A stretch of 45,487 nt of DNA from positions 1 through 45,487 of the forward strand of contig NW_021835201.1 of NCBI RefSeq assembly GCF_006345805.1, written 5' to 3'. Below the pieces are notes generated by a model that saw nothing but the letters and a program-made list of their open reading frames with translations, made no database searches and had not been told where the DNA came from. The stretch is from Octopus sinensis. Its lineage: Eukaryota. Positions within the stretch are counted from its first letter, which is position 1. Every line of letters begins with the position of its first letter. A program made the position numbers and the translations under genes. This document shows positions 25,032 through 36,322 of the stretch, one piece after another.

Positions 25032-25675
25032 CATGCAGGCGTCGCTGCTAGGTAAGAAGCTCACTTCCCAGACACACAGTTCCGAGTTCAGTCCCACTGC
25101 GTAGCACCTTGGGTAAATCCTATTATAGCTCTAGGCTGACCAAAGCCGTGTGAGTGGATTTGGTGGATGGAAATTGAAAAAAGACCATCAAAGATATATA
25201 TATATATATATTCAATGACCGCGTGTGTATCGTTAGCGATTTCTTTCCCCGTCTTCTCTTCCTTGGACCTTTCCTTTTCCTATATTTCTGACGAAGAGCT
25301 CCGCTCGAAATGTTAAATCCTCCTTCTTTCTTTCCTTTCCTGGGCGTCCAATAACACTATACTTGTTCCTTGTCCTCGCATTGTTGTGTTTTCTCTTTGT
25401 TCATGTTGGATTAACTATATATGTATGTATTATGTACGTATAAATATGTGTGCGCGTGTATCTGTTTGTGTCTGTGTTTGTCTCCGCATCACTTCTTGAC
25501 AACTGGTGTTGGTGTGTTTACGTCCCCGTAATTTAGCGATTTGGCGAAAGAGACCGGTAGAATAAATACTAAGCTTTAAAAGTTGATTCTTTCGACTAAA
25601 AAAGAAACCCTTCAAGGCGGTGCTCCAGTATGGACTCACCCAAATGAAGAAACAAGTAAAAGAATAAAAGAATAT
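25032..25675 (+). mobile_element. SINE family C (head 25032-25190, tail 25415-25675), split by a hammerhead-bearing module
   Basis: Head GAGTTCAGTCCCACTGCGTAGCACCTTGGG..GTGAGTGGATTTGGTGGATGGAAA; tail TTGACAACTGGTGTTGGTGTGTTTACGTCCCCGTAA..GGCGGTGCTCCAGTATGG..GAAACAAGTAAAAGAATAAAAGA. Confidence 0.8.
25284..25318 (+). ncRNA. Minimal type-I hammerhead motif inside a module of about 200 bp (25211-25412) inserted in (TA)n
   Basis: ATTT - CTGACGA - A - GAGC/TCC/GCTC - GAAATGTT - AAAT: 4-bp stem I, 4-bp stem II, and an AACGTT-type stem III with one CpG-type C-to-T change. Confidence 0.7.
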
Positions 25676-25696
25676 ATATATATTCTTTTTTTAACA

Positions 25697-25738
<42 letters not shown>

Positions 25739-26221
25739 TATACGACAAGAGTCTTTCAGTTTCCGTCTACCAAATCCACTCACAAGGCTTTGGTCGGTCC
25801 GAGACTATAGTAGAAGACACTTGCTCAGGGTGCCACGCAGTGGGACTGAACCCGGAACCACGTGGCTGGGAGGCAAACTCTTTACCACACACCCGAGGCT
25901 ACTGAAGAAGATATTTGGTTAAAGTGCCGTGCTGTGGGAGCGAATTCAAAACCGCGTGATTGTGCCACGAAAGCCTTAAATATGTCTATCATTTTTGTTT
26001 CAGATTAGCCAACTGTGCTAACGCAAAACATGACTGTATCTAAATGAAAACAATGGTCTTTGACATTACCAGAAAAAATATTCCGACAAAACTTTTTGAA
26101 TAAGTATATTAGCAGTGGTCACTTTCATCTAAATGCTACAGAATGAGCTTATGTGAAGTCACACGAATAACAACAAGAAATAGCAGACATCCTTCGAGTT
26201 TCATAACGGCCTGGTTATAAT

Positions 26222-26315
26222 AGCCCGAGGCTATAATAGAAGACACTTGCCCAAGGTGCCACGCAGAGGGACTGAACCCGGAACCATGTCGTTGGTAAGC
26301 ACTCATGCGCCTATG
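26222..26315 (-). mobile_element. SINE family C head fragment
   Basis: GAAGACACTTGCCCAAGGTGCCACGCAGAGGGACTGAACCCGGAACCATG. Confidence 0.8.
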
Positions 26316-26802
26316 ATGTATATGCATACATATGTATGTGTGTATATACGTACATAAACACTTACATATATACATACACTAATACCCCCCCTCACACACA
26401 CACACGCGCTGCGCATTGTTAGTTTATTGTATTTTCTTACATTCTAGCGAAAGCATTAAAATGAAATTGTCTGCGACAATGTTATAGCTGTGACTGTAAA
26501 AGACAGCAATTGGAAGCAGCACATCTGTAGTCAATAAAGCACTTGTTTCCCCTCGATTTGTTTCGTTATATATTGCTGTTTGAGATGTTTGGGATACAAT
26601 TTTCTTATTTTTTCTTTCTTATATTGTTTATATTGTTTTCTTCTTGTTGCTGGCTTTATTATTATTGTTATTATTATTATTATTATTATTTCATTTTAAA
26701 ATTTTGCCTCATGAAGTGTTTTTGGTACATTGTAACATATCAGACGTTGGCAAACAAAATAGCGCAGGACATTAGCATTCCGTTGACGAAAATATGCAGA
26801 CG

Positions 26803-27060
26803 CATGCACGGTTGTGTGGGTAAGAAGCTTGCTCCCTAAACATGTGGGCTTCGGTTCAATTCCACATGTGGATACCTTAGGCGAGTGTTTTCTACTATAG
26901 TCCCTGGGTGATCAAAGCCTTGTGTGAAGATATGGTCGATGGAAAATGAAAGAAACCCATGTGTGTATATGTGTTTGTATGTATGTGTGTGTTGTGTTTG
27001 TTTCCCACCTTTTTTTTGACAACCGGCGCTGGCTGATTAACTCGATAGAAAAAGTCCCAG
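26803..27060 (+). mobile_element. SINE family C, diverged and 3'-deleted
   Basis: GGTTGTGTGGGTAAGAAGCTTGC..CGGTTCAATTCC..CTTAGGCGAGTGTTTTCTACTATAG..CAAAGCCTTGTG. Confidence 0.75.
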
Positions 27061-27102
27061 ATTTAACCCTTTAGCATTTAAACAGTCCATATCTAGCTCA
27101 AT

Positions 27103-27420
27103 GAAGACGCGTGACTTAGTGGTTAGGGCATTCGGCTCACGATCCTAAAGTCGTGAGTTCAATTCCCGGCGGCGTGTTATGTCCTTGAGCAAGACACTTT
27201 ATTTCACGTTGCTCCAGTCCACTCAGCTGGTAAAATTGAGTTGTACCTGTATTTGAAAGGGCCAGCCTTGTCACATTCTGTGTTACGCTGAATTTCCCTG
27301 AGAACTACATTAAGGGTACACGTGTCTGTGGAGTGCTCAGCCACTTGCACGTTAATTTCACGAGCAAGCTATTCCGTTGATCGTATCAGCTGGGACCCAT
27401 GTCGTCGTAACGGACGGAGT
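27103..27420 (+). mobile_element. SINE family B, full length
   Basis: Collinear with 19720-20035 along its whole length. Confidence 0.92.
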
Positions 27421-27430
27421 GTTCCTTAGC

Positions 27431-27786
27431 AGAGGCGCAATGGGTTAGAGGTCAGGGCAGAAAACTCGCGGTCGTAGGATCGTGGTTTCGATTCCCAGAC
27501 CGGGCATTGTGAGTGTTTATTGAGCGAAAACACCTAAAGCTCACGATGCTGCGGCAGTGGGGGTGACCAACCCTGCTGTACTCACCACAACTTTCTCTCA
27601 CCCTTTCTTCCTGTTTCTGTTGTACCTGTATTTCAAAGGGCCAGCCTTGTCACACTCCCTGAGAACTACATTAAGGGTACATGTGTCTGTGGGGTGCTCA
27701 GCCACTTGTACGTTAATTTCACGAGCAGGCTGTTCCGTTGATCGGATCAACTGGAACCCTCGTCGTCGTAACCGACAGAGTGCCAC
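27431..27786 (+). mobile_element. SINE with a different head/middle but the family B tail
   Basis: Head GAGGCGCAATGG..GTGGTTTCGATTCCCAGACCGGGC, a distinct middle (GAGCGAAAACACCTAAAGCTC..CTTTCTCTCACCC), then the family B tail from TTGTACCTGTATTTCAAAGGGCCAGCC onward. Confidence 0.85.
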
Positions 27787-27885
27787 GAACGTTTCCATAT
27801 TTGGTCTCACGCCAACTCTAACACTGTTATTCTAAAAATAAACGACGACATCATAGAAGTCTCGATTCTATGAAAGAATGCACGA

Positions 27886-28319
27886 GGGACCTTTTCGGTT
27901 TGAACGACAGTTCTTAACATAATTTCTAGATAACTAAAAAATTTTAAACTTCGTATACTGGTAGAATGTGTTTATAAAACATCTTTTTTTCTTGGCTTTA
28001 TTGAGAAAATTGTATAGTTTGTAAGATATAAGATATTTCTTGTTGTTTTTTCTTCAATTTCTGCAATTTCAACCAATCAGTGACGTCCATTGAGGTAAAA
28101 AGCATTCTCTGCCGTATGAATATGTCCCTCGTTTAAGAAACAGATTGGGTTTATTTACATTTGTGAAGAAAAAAGATACCCTTCCCACACCCCTAACCCT
28201 AACTAACCCTAACCCTAAAACAGATTGAAATGCAATAGATCGATTCTAGGGTCATAATTATGGGTGACAATTTCATATGACACCGCTAGAAAAAAACTGC
28301 CGTTAAAACCATAAAGATC
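27886..28319. mobile_element. Non-autonomous DNA transposon (MITE) with about 27-bp imperfect TIRs and near-perfect 8-bp TSD
   Basis: Left GGGACCTTTTCGGTTTGAACGACAGTT versus right reverse complement GATCTTTATGGTTTTAACGGCAGTT. Flanks ATGCACGA (27878-27885) and ATGCATGA (28320-28327). Shares internal sequence with 44449-44812. Confidence 0.8.
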
Positions 28320-28394
28320 ATGCATGATTAATTCAAAACAATGGGAGTACACATCATTACATTTAACAGAGTAATCTGAATGCTCTGGGGTTAA

Positions 28395-28760
28395 AAAATA
28401 TTTACGACTTCGATTTGTTCGACAAAAACTTTCTCAAGGCGGTGCCCCAGCATGGCTGCAGTCCAAGTGTAAAAGATAAAAGATTGTCGTATCAGAATAC
28501 CAATTTTACAAACTGAGATTTTCTCATATTGCAATTTAGATAGGGAGATTCGGGGTAAAGAAATAGAGGCAACCATTTCTGATTTATGAACAACGCATAT
28601 AGCTCTACGGTTAAGAAATTTGCTTGAGAACAGCGGTTTCTCAGGTTCAACCCCAGCACTTGGACCAAGTGTCTTCTACTATAATCTCAAGTTTACAAAT
28701 TTGTTGTAAGTAGGATTTCGAAAACGCAAACTCTGTAGAAGCCCGTGGTATCTGTATGTG
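28395..28760 (+). mobile_element. Two decayed SINE family C fragments (tail about 28395-28485, head about 28595-28760)
   Basis: GATTTGTTCGAC..AAGGCGGTGCCCCAGCATGGCTGCAGTC and CAGGTTCAACCCC..CAAGTGTCTTCTACTATA..GAAGCCCGT. Confidence 0.65.
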
Positions 28761-30741
28761 TGTGTGCGCGTGCGAGTGTATATGTGTGTGTGTGTTTGTA
28801 TAACGTCAAGGATTTTCAATGAAATAGGCTGTTGAATCCATGATGGGGATGGTGGAGGTTTTAACTCATATACTATAAAAGTCTCTGGGAATGGAAGTTT
28901 TTATGCTGTTAGCGTAAGGTATAAACGTCCATACACATACATATACACACACACACATATCACATGTATGTATATTAGCGAATTACAACGCCTGAAATTT
29001 TTGTCACTTGTTATTTGATCAACCAGCTTCAAAACTTAATAACTATGAAGAGTGACTGTTGATATTAAATCAACAAAGGACCAGTTGTATGTAAGTAGAG
29101 GGGGTGACCACGTCACCGTGAACTAAATGGAAGGTATCTTAATGAAAATCATGTCGCCTGTAAAGTAACCTCTATCCGTTATAATTCATCAAAAAATGTC
29201 TTCTGTTTTGTGAATGAGTAAAGGAAGGAATGAATGATTAGAGAAATATAAAGCAATTTTCTTTTTTTTTTCTGAATGGAGATGCATGTTGGCAAGATCA
29301 GTCGAGCGTCTTACAATGTAGGTACATTACTTTATGTTTTGTATTCAAATCCCGCCAGAGTCGATTAGCATTCCGATGTCGTTAAAATTAGTATCAACCG
29401 GATTTTGGAAGTCGATCTAATTGACCCCCCCACACACACACACATACACAAAAAAAACCTCTGCCTTTGTTCCAATGCAAATAATTGCTACTTTATGAAA
29501 AACTGGAAATAAAGTCGTGGTGTGTGGCAAAATTAATAGCAAATCGGACACTCTGTTAAGCAGTGTTTGATTAACTCTCTTTACTCTCTCTGAATTTCTT
29601 CATTTTTCTGCGAAATTAAATTTTATGCTTACTCCAGAAATGATATTAAACATTTACCAAAAACTAGAATTGGTATTTTCTGCAAGTCACGCTGCCTTAA
29701 GAATGCAGTCAATATCTCAACAAAAAATTGTTTCAAACGACATTTCTCAAGAAAAGATGGTATATGAATAATCATTTTCTGCAGTTGAGCTTAATTAAAT
29801 TTTGAGTAGATATATTTGAGGTCCTCAGCAAATACCAGTTCTATGCTGCGATTTGTTCAGTTGCCTAAAACATTTCTGATAATCTGTGGGATTGTGCCAT
29901 CTATGTTAGAAAATCCCTTGTAGCTTTTAGATATGATCCTTTACATTCTCATTTTAAATCTTATTGACCTCAACTTTGCGTTTCGTCCTTCCGTAGTTGA
30001 CAAAAAATAGAGTAGCAGTTATATACTAGGATCGATTTCATTAATGGTTAATCGTTTAGCTGGAAGACAATGCCCTACCCATGGCCTTTTACAATGTGTC
30101 GAAGGCTGGTGAGAGGGAAAGAGAAAGTTATCTTTAAAACTGAGGCTGGGCCTGCTTGCTTGCCACAGAGTGGGGTCTGCTAAAGGTGGCCTTAAACGGG
30201 GTAATGGGTTGTCTAGCACCCAGTAGGCCATGGTCGGATTTTAACTCAAAACATAAACAACCGGGTCAGATACTACAAGGCATCAGGTTAAGTTTTCTTA
30301 CAATTCTACCTATGCACGATACAGGATTGGGGCTTATTTATCGGCCCCGAATGGATGACAGGCAAAACTGACCTCGACAAGAGTTGAACTCAGAGCACAC
30401 ACAGTTGAAACAAATACTGCAAGGTATTTCTCTAGGAGATGATAAAACCTCCTTACAGCAACCATTGGCCATTGTCCACTTTACGGCCTCTACCCTATTC
30501 TACGAATTGCTGTTCATTTAAATTATCTTATTCTCAGTATCGCTTATCAAAATTATTAGTCTAATATTGGCGACCAAATTCATAAAGTAACAATAATGGT
30601 GGTGGAGAACCTATCTAGCAATATTTTCTCATTCCTCTAGGAATGAATAAAATGAATTTCACTAAAATTTGTGACTATTGTTAACAACTATTATTGAAAT
30701 GACTATGTTTACAAATATTATTACTCAAACGTATAGAAAAT

Positions 30742-31287
30742 GACAGAGAGTTTCCTGGCGGACAGTTTTGCAGTTTGCTGATCGTAAAATTTAGATGATG
30801 TACTTGTTTTCAGTCCTCAATCAGTTGTGAAGAATATTCAGCTGCTACATAAAGCAGCCCTAAAGTCGGCTATCACCGTAAAGGATTGCTTCATTTGGAT
30901 ATGTGTGCTATTGCTGATTCGATATTCACGATATATATTTTATGCACATCACACCGTAGAACAAGAATTGAACTGAAATTTAAATATTATTTTATTGTTA
31001 ATTATGTTCACAATTTTACATTCTTCTTTCACCTAAGCTTTCTAGCACAAAATACACACACACACATTTTTATTCTATTTATGCATATTAGAAAATTTAT
31101 GTACACATAAATACAACACATACGTTCCCGACAGAGAGTTTCCAGAAGGACAGTGTTGCGGTTTTGCTGATTGCGACCTTTAGAAGTTGTACAAATTTTC
31201 ATTCCATAATCAATTGCGAAGGAATATTCAGCAACTACATAAAGCAGTTTGGTTTTACTTTACATGTGAATAACTATGACTAGAACA
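30742..31287 (+). repeat. Diverged direct duplication (30742-30857 and 31130-31247), probably old LINE RT fragments
   Basis: Both copies begin GACAGAGAGTTTCC and end GAATATTCAGC..CTACATAAAGCAG. Copy 1 translates DDVLVFSPQSVVKNIQLLHKAALK, resembling the RT YADD region. The continuation 31246-31287 recurs at 36390-36431. Confidence 0.45.
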
Positions 31288-31509
31288 CCCACTGTATAGA
31301 TGTGTTTCTGTGTGTAGCCAAACACATACTTTCGAATAATAATTAATCATATATGTATCGAGAAATGTATGTTTATGATTAAATGTATTTAGAGAGGTGG
31401 GTGGACAGAATCTTTAGAGCATTGGTGTTTATTTTTCAGCTCTTTATATTATGAATTCAAATGCCAACGAAGTGAACGTTGTTTTCATCTTTTCGGGGTT
31501 CGATATTGT

Positions 31510-31810
31510 ACTCCGTCGGTTACGACGGTGAAGGTGCTCTTTGATCCGATGAACGGAACAACCTCCTCGTGAAATTAAATGTGCATGTGGCCAAGCATTT
31601 CACAGACATGCATACCCTTAATGTAGTTCTCAAGAATATTCAGCGTTAAGCAGAATGTTATAAGGCTGGTCCTTTGAAATATAGGTACTACTCATTGTTG
31701 CCAGCTGAGTGGACTGGAGCAATGTGAAATAAATCATCTTGCTCAAGGATACAACCTTTCACCGGGAATCGAACTCACGACCTTACGAACACTCCAATTC
31801 CTAAGCCACT
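31510..31810 (-). mobile_element. SINE family B, diverged
   Basis: ACTCCGTCGGTTACGACG..CTCGTGAAATTAA..GCCAGCTGAGTGGACTGGAGCAATGTGAAATAAA..GGGAATCGAACTCACGACC. Confidence 0.85.
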
Positions 31811-32104
31811 TCACTACCTGTCAAGTATTGGGTTATTTTATCTTATCGACCCCGAAATATCCTCTACTTCAAATATCAGACCTTGTTCCTTGTGCTTATG
31901 CTGGTAATGGTTCAGGGCGATGGATTAAGTTCAAATCTCGCCAAGGTCAGATTTGCTTTTTATCAGCCTGGATTTAATAAAAATAAAATCCCAGTCTAGT
32001 TCTGGGTCGATGTGATCGACTAACCCATTTCTCCTAAATTAAATTTCAAGCTATGTGACTATATATTAAAAACAAGGATTTGTGTACATCACCGTGTATA
32101 TATA

Positions 32105-32334
32105 CATGGTTGGCCAAAAGTCACCCGACAGTAAATCAAAATTCCATAAATACTATCTGTAATTCTGTATTGACTCGAATAGAAAAAAATGTGTCGCTTA
32201 AGAAGGACTTCAGTTTGAGCGATTTTCATGACACTTTTTTAGATGCTTCTATCAAATTCATTCAGTTGTTAAACATAAATAAATCTTGAAATTGAATGGT
32301 TTTGATTTACTGTCAGGTGACTTTTGGCCAATCC
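32105..32334. mobile_element. Tc1/mariner-like MITE of about 230 bp
   Basis: Left GGTTGGCCAAAAGTCACCCGACAGTAAATCAAAA versus right reverse complement GGATTGGCCAAAAGTCACCTGACAGTAAATCAAAA; TA dinucleotides at both flanks. Confidence 0.85.
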
Positions 32335-32699
32335 TACATGTATATATGTGTGCGTACTGAGGTGCTTAAGTAACAAACTCCACCTGCAGTACCGAGTACT
32401 GATGATATAAATCAAAACGTGAATGTAGTCAGAAGGCCTATGATCTATCCTTCCTGTCTATTAATTAGTCTTATTATTTTTACATTTTGCTTTTACCATC
32501 TTCAGTTTAACAATATCAGGGCCTCTCTATTACTTTTAAACAGTGTAAAGTTTACAACAACGAAGCATTCTTTGGCATGCCAGGTACGCTCTTTTTAAAT
32601 AACTATTGCTATCATATCGGTTCATTTGAGTCCCAGAATCTGACTACGAAAGAATTGCTTCTCTGTTCTCTGCTTCAGTGATTCAGAAAAAGAAAAGAA

Positions 32700-32881
32700 T
32701 TATATATATATATATATGTGTGTGTGTGTGCTTGTGTAAGTAAGTATGTATATATGTGTGTATGCATGCGTGCGTGTACCAATCTCTGTATATGTGTGTG
32801 TGTGTGTGTGTGTGTGCATGCGTGCGTATATCAATTTGGGCATATATATATATATATATATACATATATATATACACATAC

Positions 32882-32946
<65 letters not shown>

Positions 32947-33012
32947 TCTTATGAATGAATAGTTGAAATACTTGCAACAAAGACACTTTACTACTACTAC
33001 TACTACTACTAC
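32700..33012. repeat. Compound (TA)/(TG)/(TACA)/(TAC) microsatellite cluster
   Basis: Directly visible. Confidence 0.9.
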
Positions 33013-33447
33013 TGTACTCATTGGCTATTTAGTGAATTGACCTAAAATAAGGATCTGGATTGCTTGATGGCTTACTCGTTTATTTCATTTGAGTGTTTTA
33101 GGGCGTGTGTGGCGGGGAGGAACTGCTCGTCATCTGGAACCGTATTGAGAACGTAAAGAATTTGAAAATGAACGGTGATACTGGATTCTCTTGTCAAAAC
33201 GCACAAACGCCCGCGCGTGAGAGCGCGCATGCACACACACACATTCGAAACGTCTTATAGAAAATATGAAAGCGAGTTTATATTGTGTTCCTACATATCC
33301 CGAAGTAATTAGCGTGACGTAACGCAATGCAAGAGAAAACAAATGCTTTCAGGTAATCAAAAAGAAGACGAAAGTTTTGGGGCTGAAGGTAGACTAAATG
33401 GCCTTCCAGTATTTTTAGCGCAGCTTATTTTTACTATTTTTTCGCAA

Positions 33448-33665
33448 GCGTGTCTCAGTGGTAAGGAATTTGTTTCTCAGTCACATCGCTTGACAACCGA
33501 CGTTGGTGTGTTTACGTGCTCGTAACTTAGTGCTTCGGTAAAAGAAACGATAGAATAAGTACTAGCCTAACAAATAATAAGAATTGAGGTTGATTTGTTC
33601 GACTAAAGGCGGTGCTCTAGTATGGTCGCAGTCAAATGAAGGAAACAAGTAAAAGAATAAAAGAG
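33448..33665 (+). mobile_element. SINE family C, internally deleted
   Basis: A short head remnant joined to CATCGCTTGACAACCGACGTTGGTGTGTTTACG..GGCGGTGCTCTAGTATGGTCGCAGTC..GAAACAAGTAAAAGAATAAAAGA. Confidence 0.85.
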
Positions 33666-33832
33666 TATATATATATATATATATAACCCAAAAATATAAG
33701 CAACAAGAATGGATCGGTAGTTTAGTACAATCGTTTCATACTATAAACATTTTATTAAAGCTGCAAATATTACATTAAAAAATTCTGGTGCATCTAAGTA
33801 TCATATTCTTTTGAATCTAAATTGTTTTGCTG

Positions 33833-33876
<44 letters not shown>

Positions 33877-33962
33877 ATATATATTGTTATATTTCGGAAT
33901 GGTCATATTGCCAGTTTAGCCAATAATAATAATATATATATATATATTTGTATCTATCATTA

Positions 33963-34176
33963 TGTCTGTATTTGCCTCACCACTACCGCTTGACAACCAG
34001 AGTTGGTGTGTTTACATCTCCGTAACTTAGCTGCTCGGCAAAAAGAGTTAGATAAAATAAGTACCAAGTTTATAAGAAAAAAACATAAGCCCTGGGGTCA
34101 ATTCATTCTACTTGAAACCTCCAAGGTGGTGCTCCAGCATGTCAAAGTCAAATGACAAACAATTGAAGGAAAAAGA
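33963..34176 (+). mobile_element. SINE family C tail fragment
   Basis: CGCTTGACAACCAGAGTTGGTGTGTTTACATCTCCGTAACTTAG..AAGGTGGTGCTCCAGCATG. Confidence 0.8.
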
Positions 34177-34283
34177 TGATACACACAAACACACGCGCCT
34201 ATATATGTATGTAGGTGTGTGTGTGTGTGTTTGTGTGTTTATATGCGTGTTTGTGTATGGGTGTATGTATGTTTGAGTGTATT

Positions 34284-34514
34284 TAGGGACCTTTTGAGCG
34301 GCATGGGTTACTCGACCAGAAGAAAATTCTAACTGGGCCCCACCTGCAAGGTCATGCGCGGTTTATCTTGATATGAGATCACCATGTCGCGCACATATGG
34401 TTGTGATGCATGTGCCTGGTGTACCCTTATCAGACGGGTGGTCATGATGGGTATACTGGGCTTCGTATATTTTACCCCAGTGTCACTTTGATGGCATGCA
34501 CTGCTCTCTCACTC

Positions 34515-34546
<32 letters not shown>

Positions 34547-34555
34547 TAATAATAA
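34284..34555 (+). mobile_element. 3' end of a retroposon with (AAT)n tail, inserted among SINE C fragments
   Basis: A GC-richer segment of about 230 bp ending CACTGCTCTCTCACTC followed by (AAT)n. I recognise it as a common cephalopod retroposon end, but the family is unassigned. A further SINE C tail fragment follows at 34557-34645. Confidence 0.65.
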
Positions 34556-35112
34556 ATACTGGGATGGATTTCTTCGACTGAGCACTTCAAGGTGGTGCCC
34601 CAGCATGGCTGCAGTCCAGTGAAGGAAACAAGTAAAAGGTAAAAAAGCAAAAATTAGGACCAGGTTTCCGGTTTGGAGATAACTTCCGCTGTTTTCCCAT
34701 CAGTCTCTGGCATCTTACAAAAGAGTCACGGCTACGGCTCTTCCTCTTCTGACAAACCCATATAAAAAAAGGGAAAAAAAGGAATACTATTTCTTTAGAG
34801 GCATCTGATCGACAAATAAGGTGTGATGACTTGAGAATGAAATCTAGCTTCCCGTGTAGGATATTTGCAGCTGGTTAAATCAATGGCTAAGGTCGTCGAT
34901 TATTGAATCATCAATGATTTTGTTTGTAGTGTTTTATTGGCATATATCCTGCGGAAATAGAATGTATTGTTGTTTAGCCGCAGCGAAAATCTAATAAATC
35001 AAACATATGATAAAAAGCATTCCTGGTTTGGCTATCCTTCGTTTTTGCATATCCAAGATCACATTGTTCAAGTGGCTTCCCTTTTTTTAAAATTTTAATA
35101 TAGAATTAGAGC

Positions 35113-35328
35113 AAGGCGGTGAGCTAGCAGAAACGTTAGCATGCCTGGCGAAATGCTTACCGGTGTTTCGTCTGTCTCTACGTTATGGGTTCGAATTCCG
35201 CCGAGGTCGACTTTGCCTGTCATCCTTTCGGGGTCGATAAATTAAGTACCAGCTGCATATCGGGATGGATCTAATAGAATGACTCTCTCCCACCAAATTT
35301 CGGGCTTTGATTAAAGTAGAAAAGATTA
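35113..35328 (+). mobile_element. SINE family A monomer
   Basis: AAGGCGGTGAGCTAGCAGAAACGTTAGC..GGTTCGAATTCCGCCGAGGTCGACTTTGCC..AAAGTAGAAAAGATT. Confidence 0.9.
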
Positions 35329-35364
35329 TATTTAGAACTGGGTAAAGCGACTCATGGCCATCCC

Positions 35365-35406
35365 TATATAACTTTGATAGGTTTTGGCCAGTATAGGCCC
35401 AGGCCA

Positions 35407-35458
<52 letters not shown>

Positions 35459-35678
35459 TATACACATACATCTGTCTGTATGTATGTACGTCTTCAAGGA
35501 ATACCACGTAAGCCACCCATACCTGGATACAACACACTCAACAAGAACTCACTACTTGAATGGACCATAATACCACAAAACTTGTCTTAAAAGGGATTTA
35601 GATAATCTTATCAGGTGGTGCTATTAAGTTAGACATGGCCTGGACCAATCTTTGGTCGAAACATATCTAAGTTATATA
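35365..35678. mobile_element. MITE-like element with about 48-bp imperfect TIRs and an internal (TA)n tract
   Basis: 35365-35412 and the reverse complement of 35630-35678 align at roughly 80%, with an exact inner 14-mer CCAGGCCATGTCTA; both ends terminate in TA. Confidence 0.6.
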
Positions 35679-35744
35679 CATACATACATACATACATACA
35701 TACATACATACATACATACATACATACATACATACATACATACA

Positions 35745-35807
<63 letters not shown>

Positions 35808-35810
35808 ATG

Positions 35811-35842
<32 letters not shown>

Positions 35843-35865
35843 TATACATATTTATATATATATAT
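35679..35865. repeat. (TACA)n/(TA)n/(TATG)n microsatellite
   Basis: Directly visible. Confidence 0.95.
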
Positions 35866-35952
35866 ATAAGTACCAGTTGCGTACTGGATCGATTTAATCG
35901 ACTGGCCCCCTCCCCCAAATTTCGTGCCTTGTGCCTAGAGTAGAAAAGAATA
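35866..35952 (+). mobile_element. SINE family A 3' fragment
   Basis: TAAGTACCAGTTGCGTACTGG..GACTGGCCCCCTCCCCCAAATTTCGTGCCTTGTGCCTAGAGTAGAAAAGAAT. Confidence 0.85.
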
Positions 35953-36099
35953 TATAATTAGATCGAATTTAGCTTCTATTTTTAACAGGGCTTACGGTTA
36001 TGCAGAGAATGTTTTCTTAATATCATTTACGCTTCCAGACCCCTACAGTTATTTAATATATCCCCTACCTGTTTCTTTAGACTATCAAAATCATTATCT

Positions 36100-36322
36100 A
36101 TTTGTTTGTTGCCCACAAGGGGAAAAACATAGAGTGGAGAAACAAGGGGATTAAGCTGATTACATCGACCCCCAGTGCGCAACTGGTACTTATTTAATCG
36201 ACCTCGAAAGGATGAAAAGCAAAGTCGACCTAGGCGGAATTTGAACTCAGAACGGAGCGCCAGACGAAGTACCACTAAGCATTTTGCCCGGCATGCTAAC
36301 GATTCCGCCAGCTCGCTGCCTT
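36100..36322 (-). mobile_element. SINE family A monomer
   Basis: Reverse complement of the head and body, ending GCCAGCTCGCTGCCTT. Confidence 0.88.

Larger units (their letters stand above)
24800..25892 (-). mobile_element. SINE family C split by nested insertions (tail 24800-25030, head 25735-25892)
   Basis: The reverse-complement tail and head halves are in the correct order and are separated at the internal microsatellite by a plus-strand copy of the same family. Confidence 0.75.

Noticed and set aside
30056-30330. GC-richer block that might be an exon or a LINE 5' UTR
   Set aside because: No recognisable protein motif in any frame and no clear boundaries; left unannotated.
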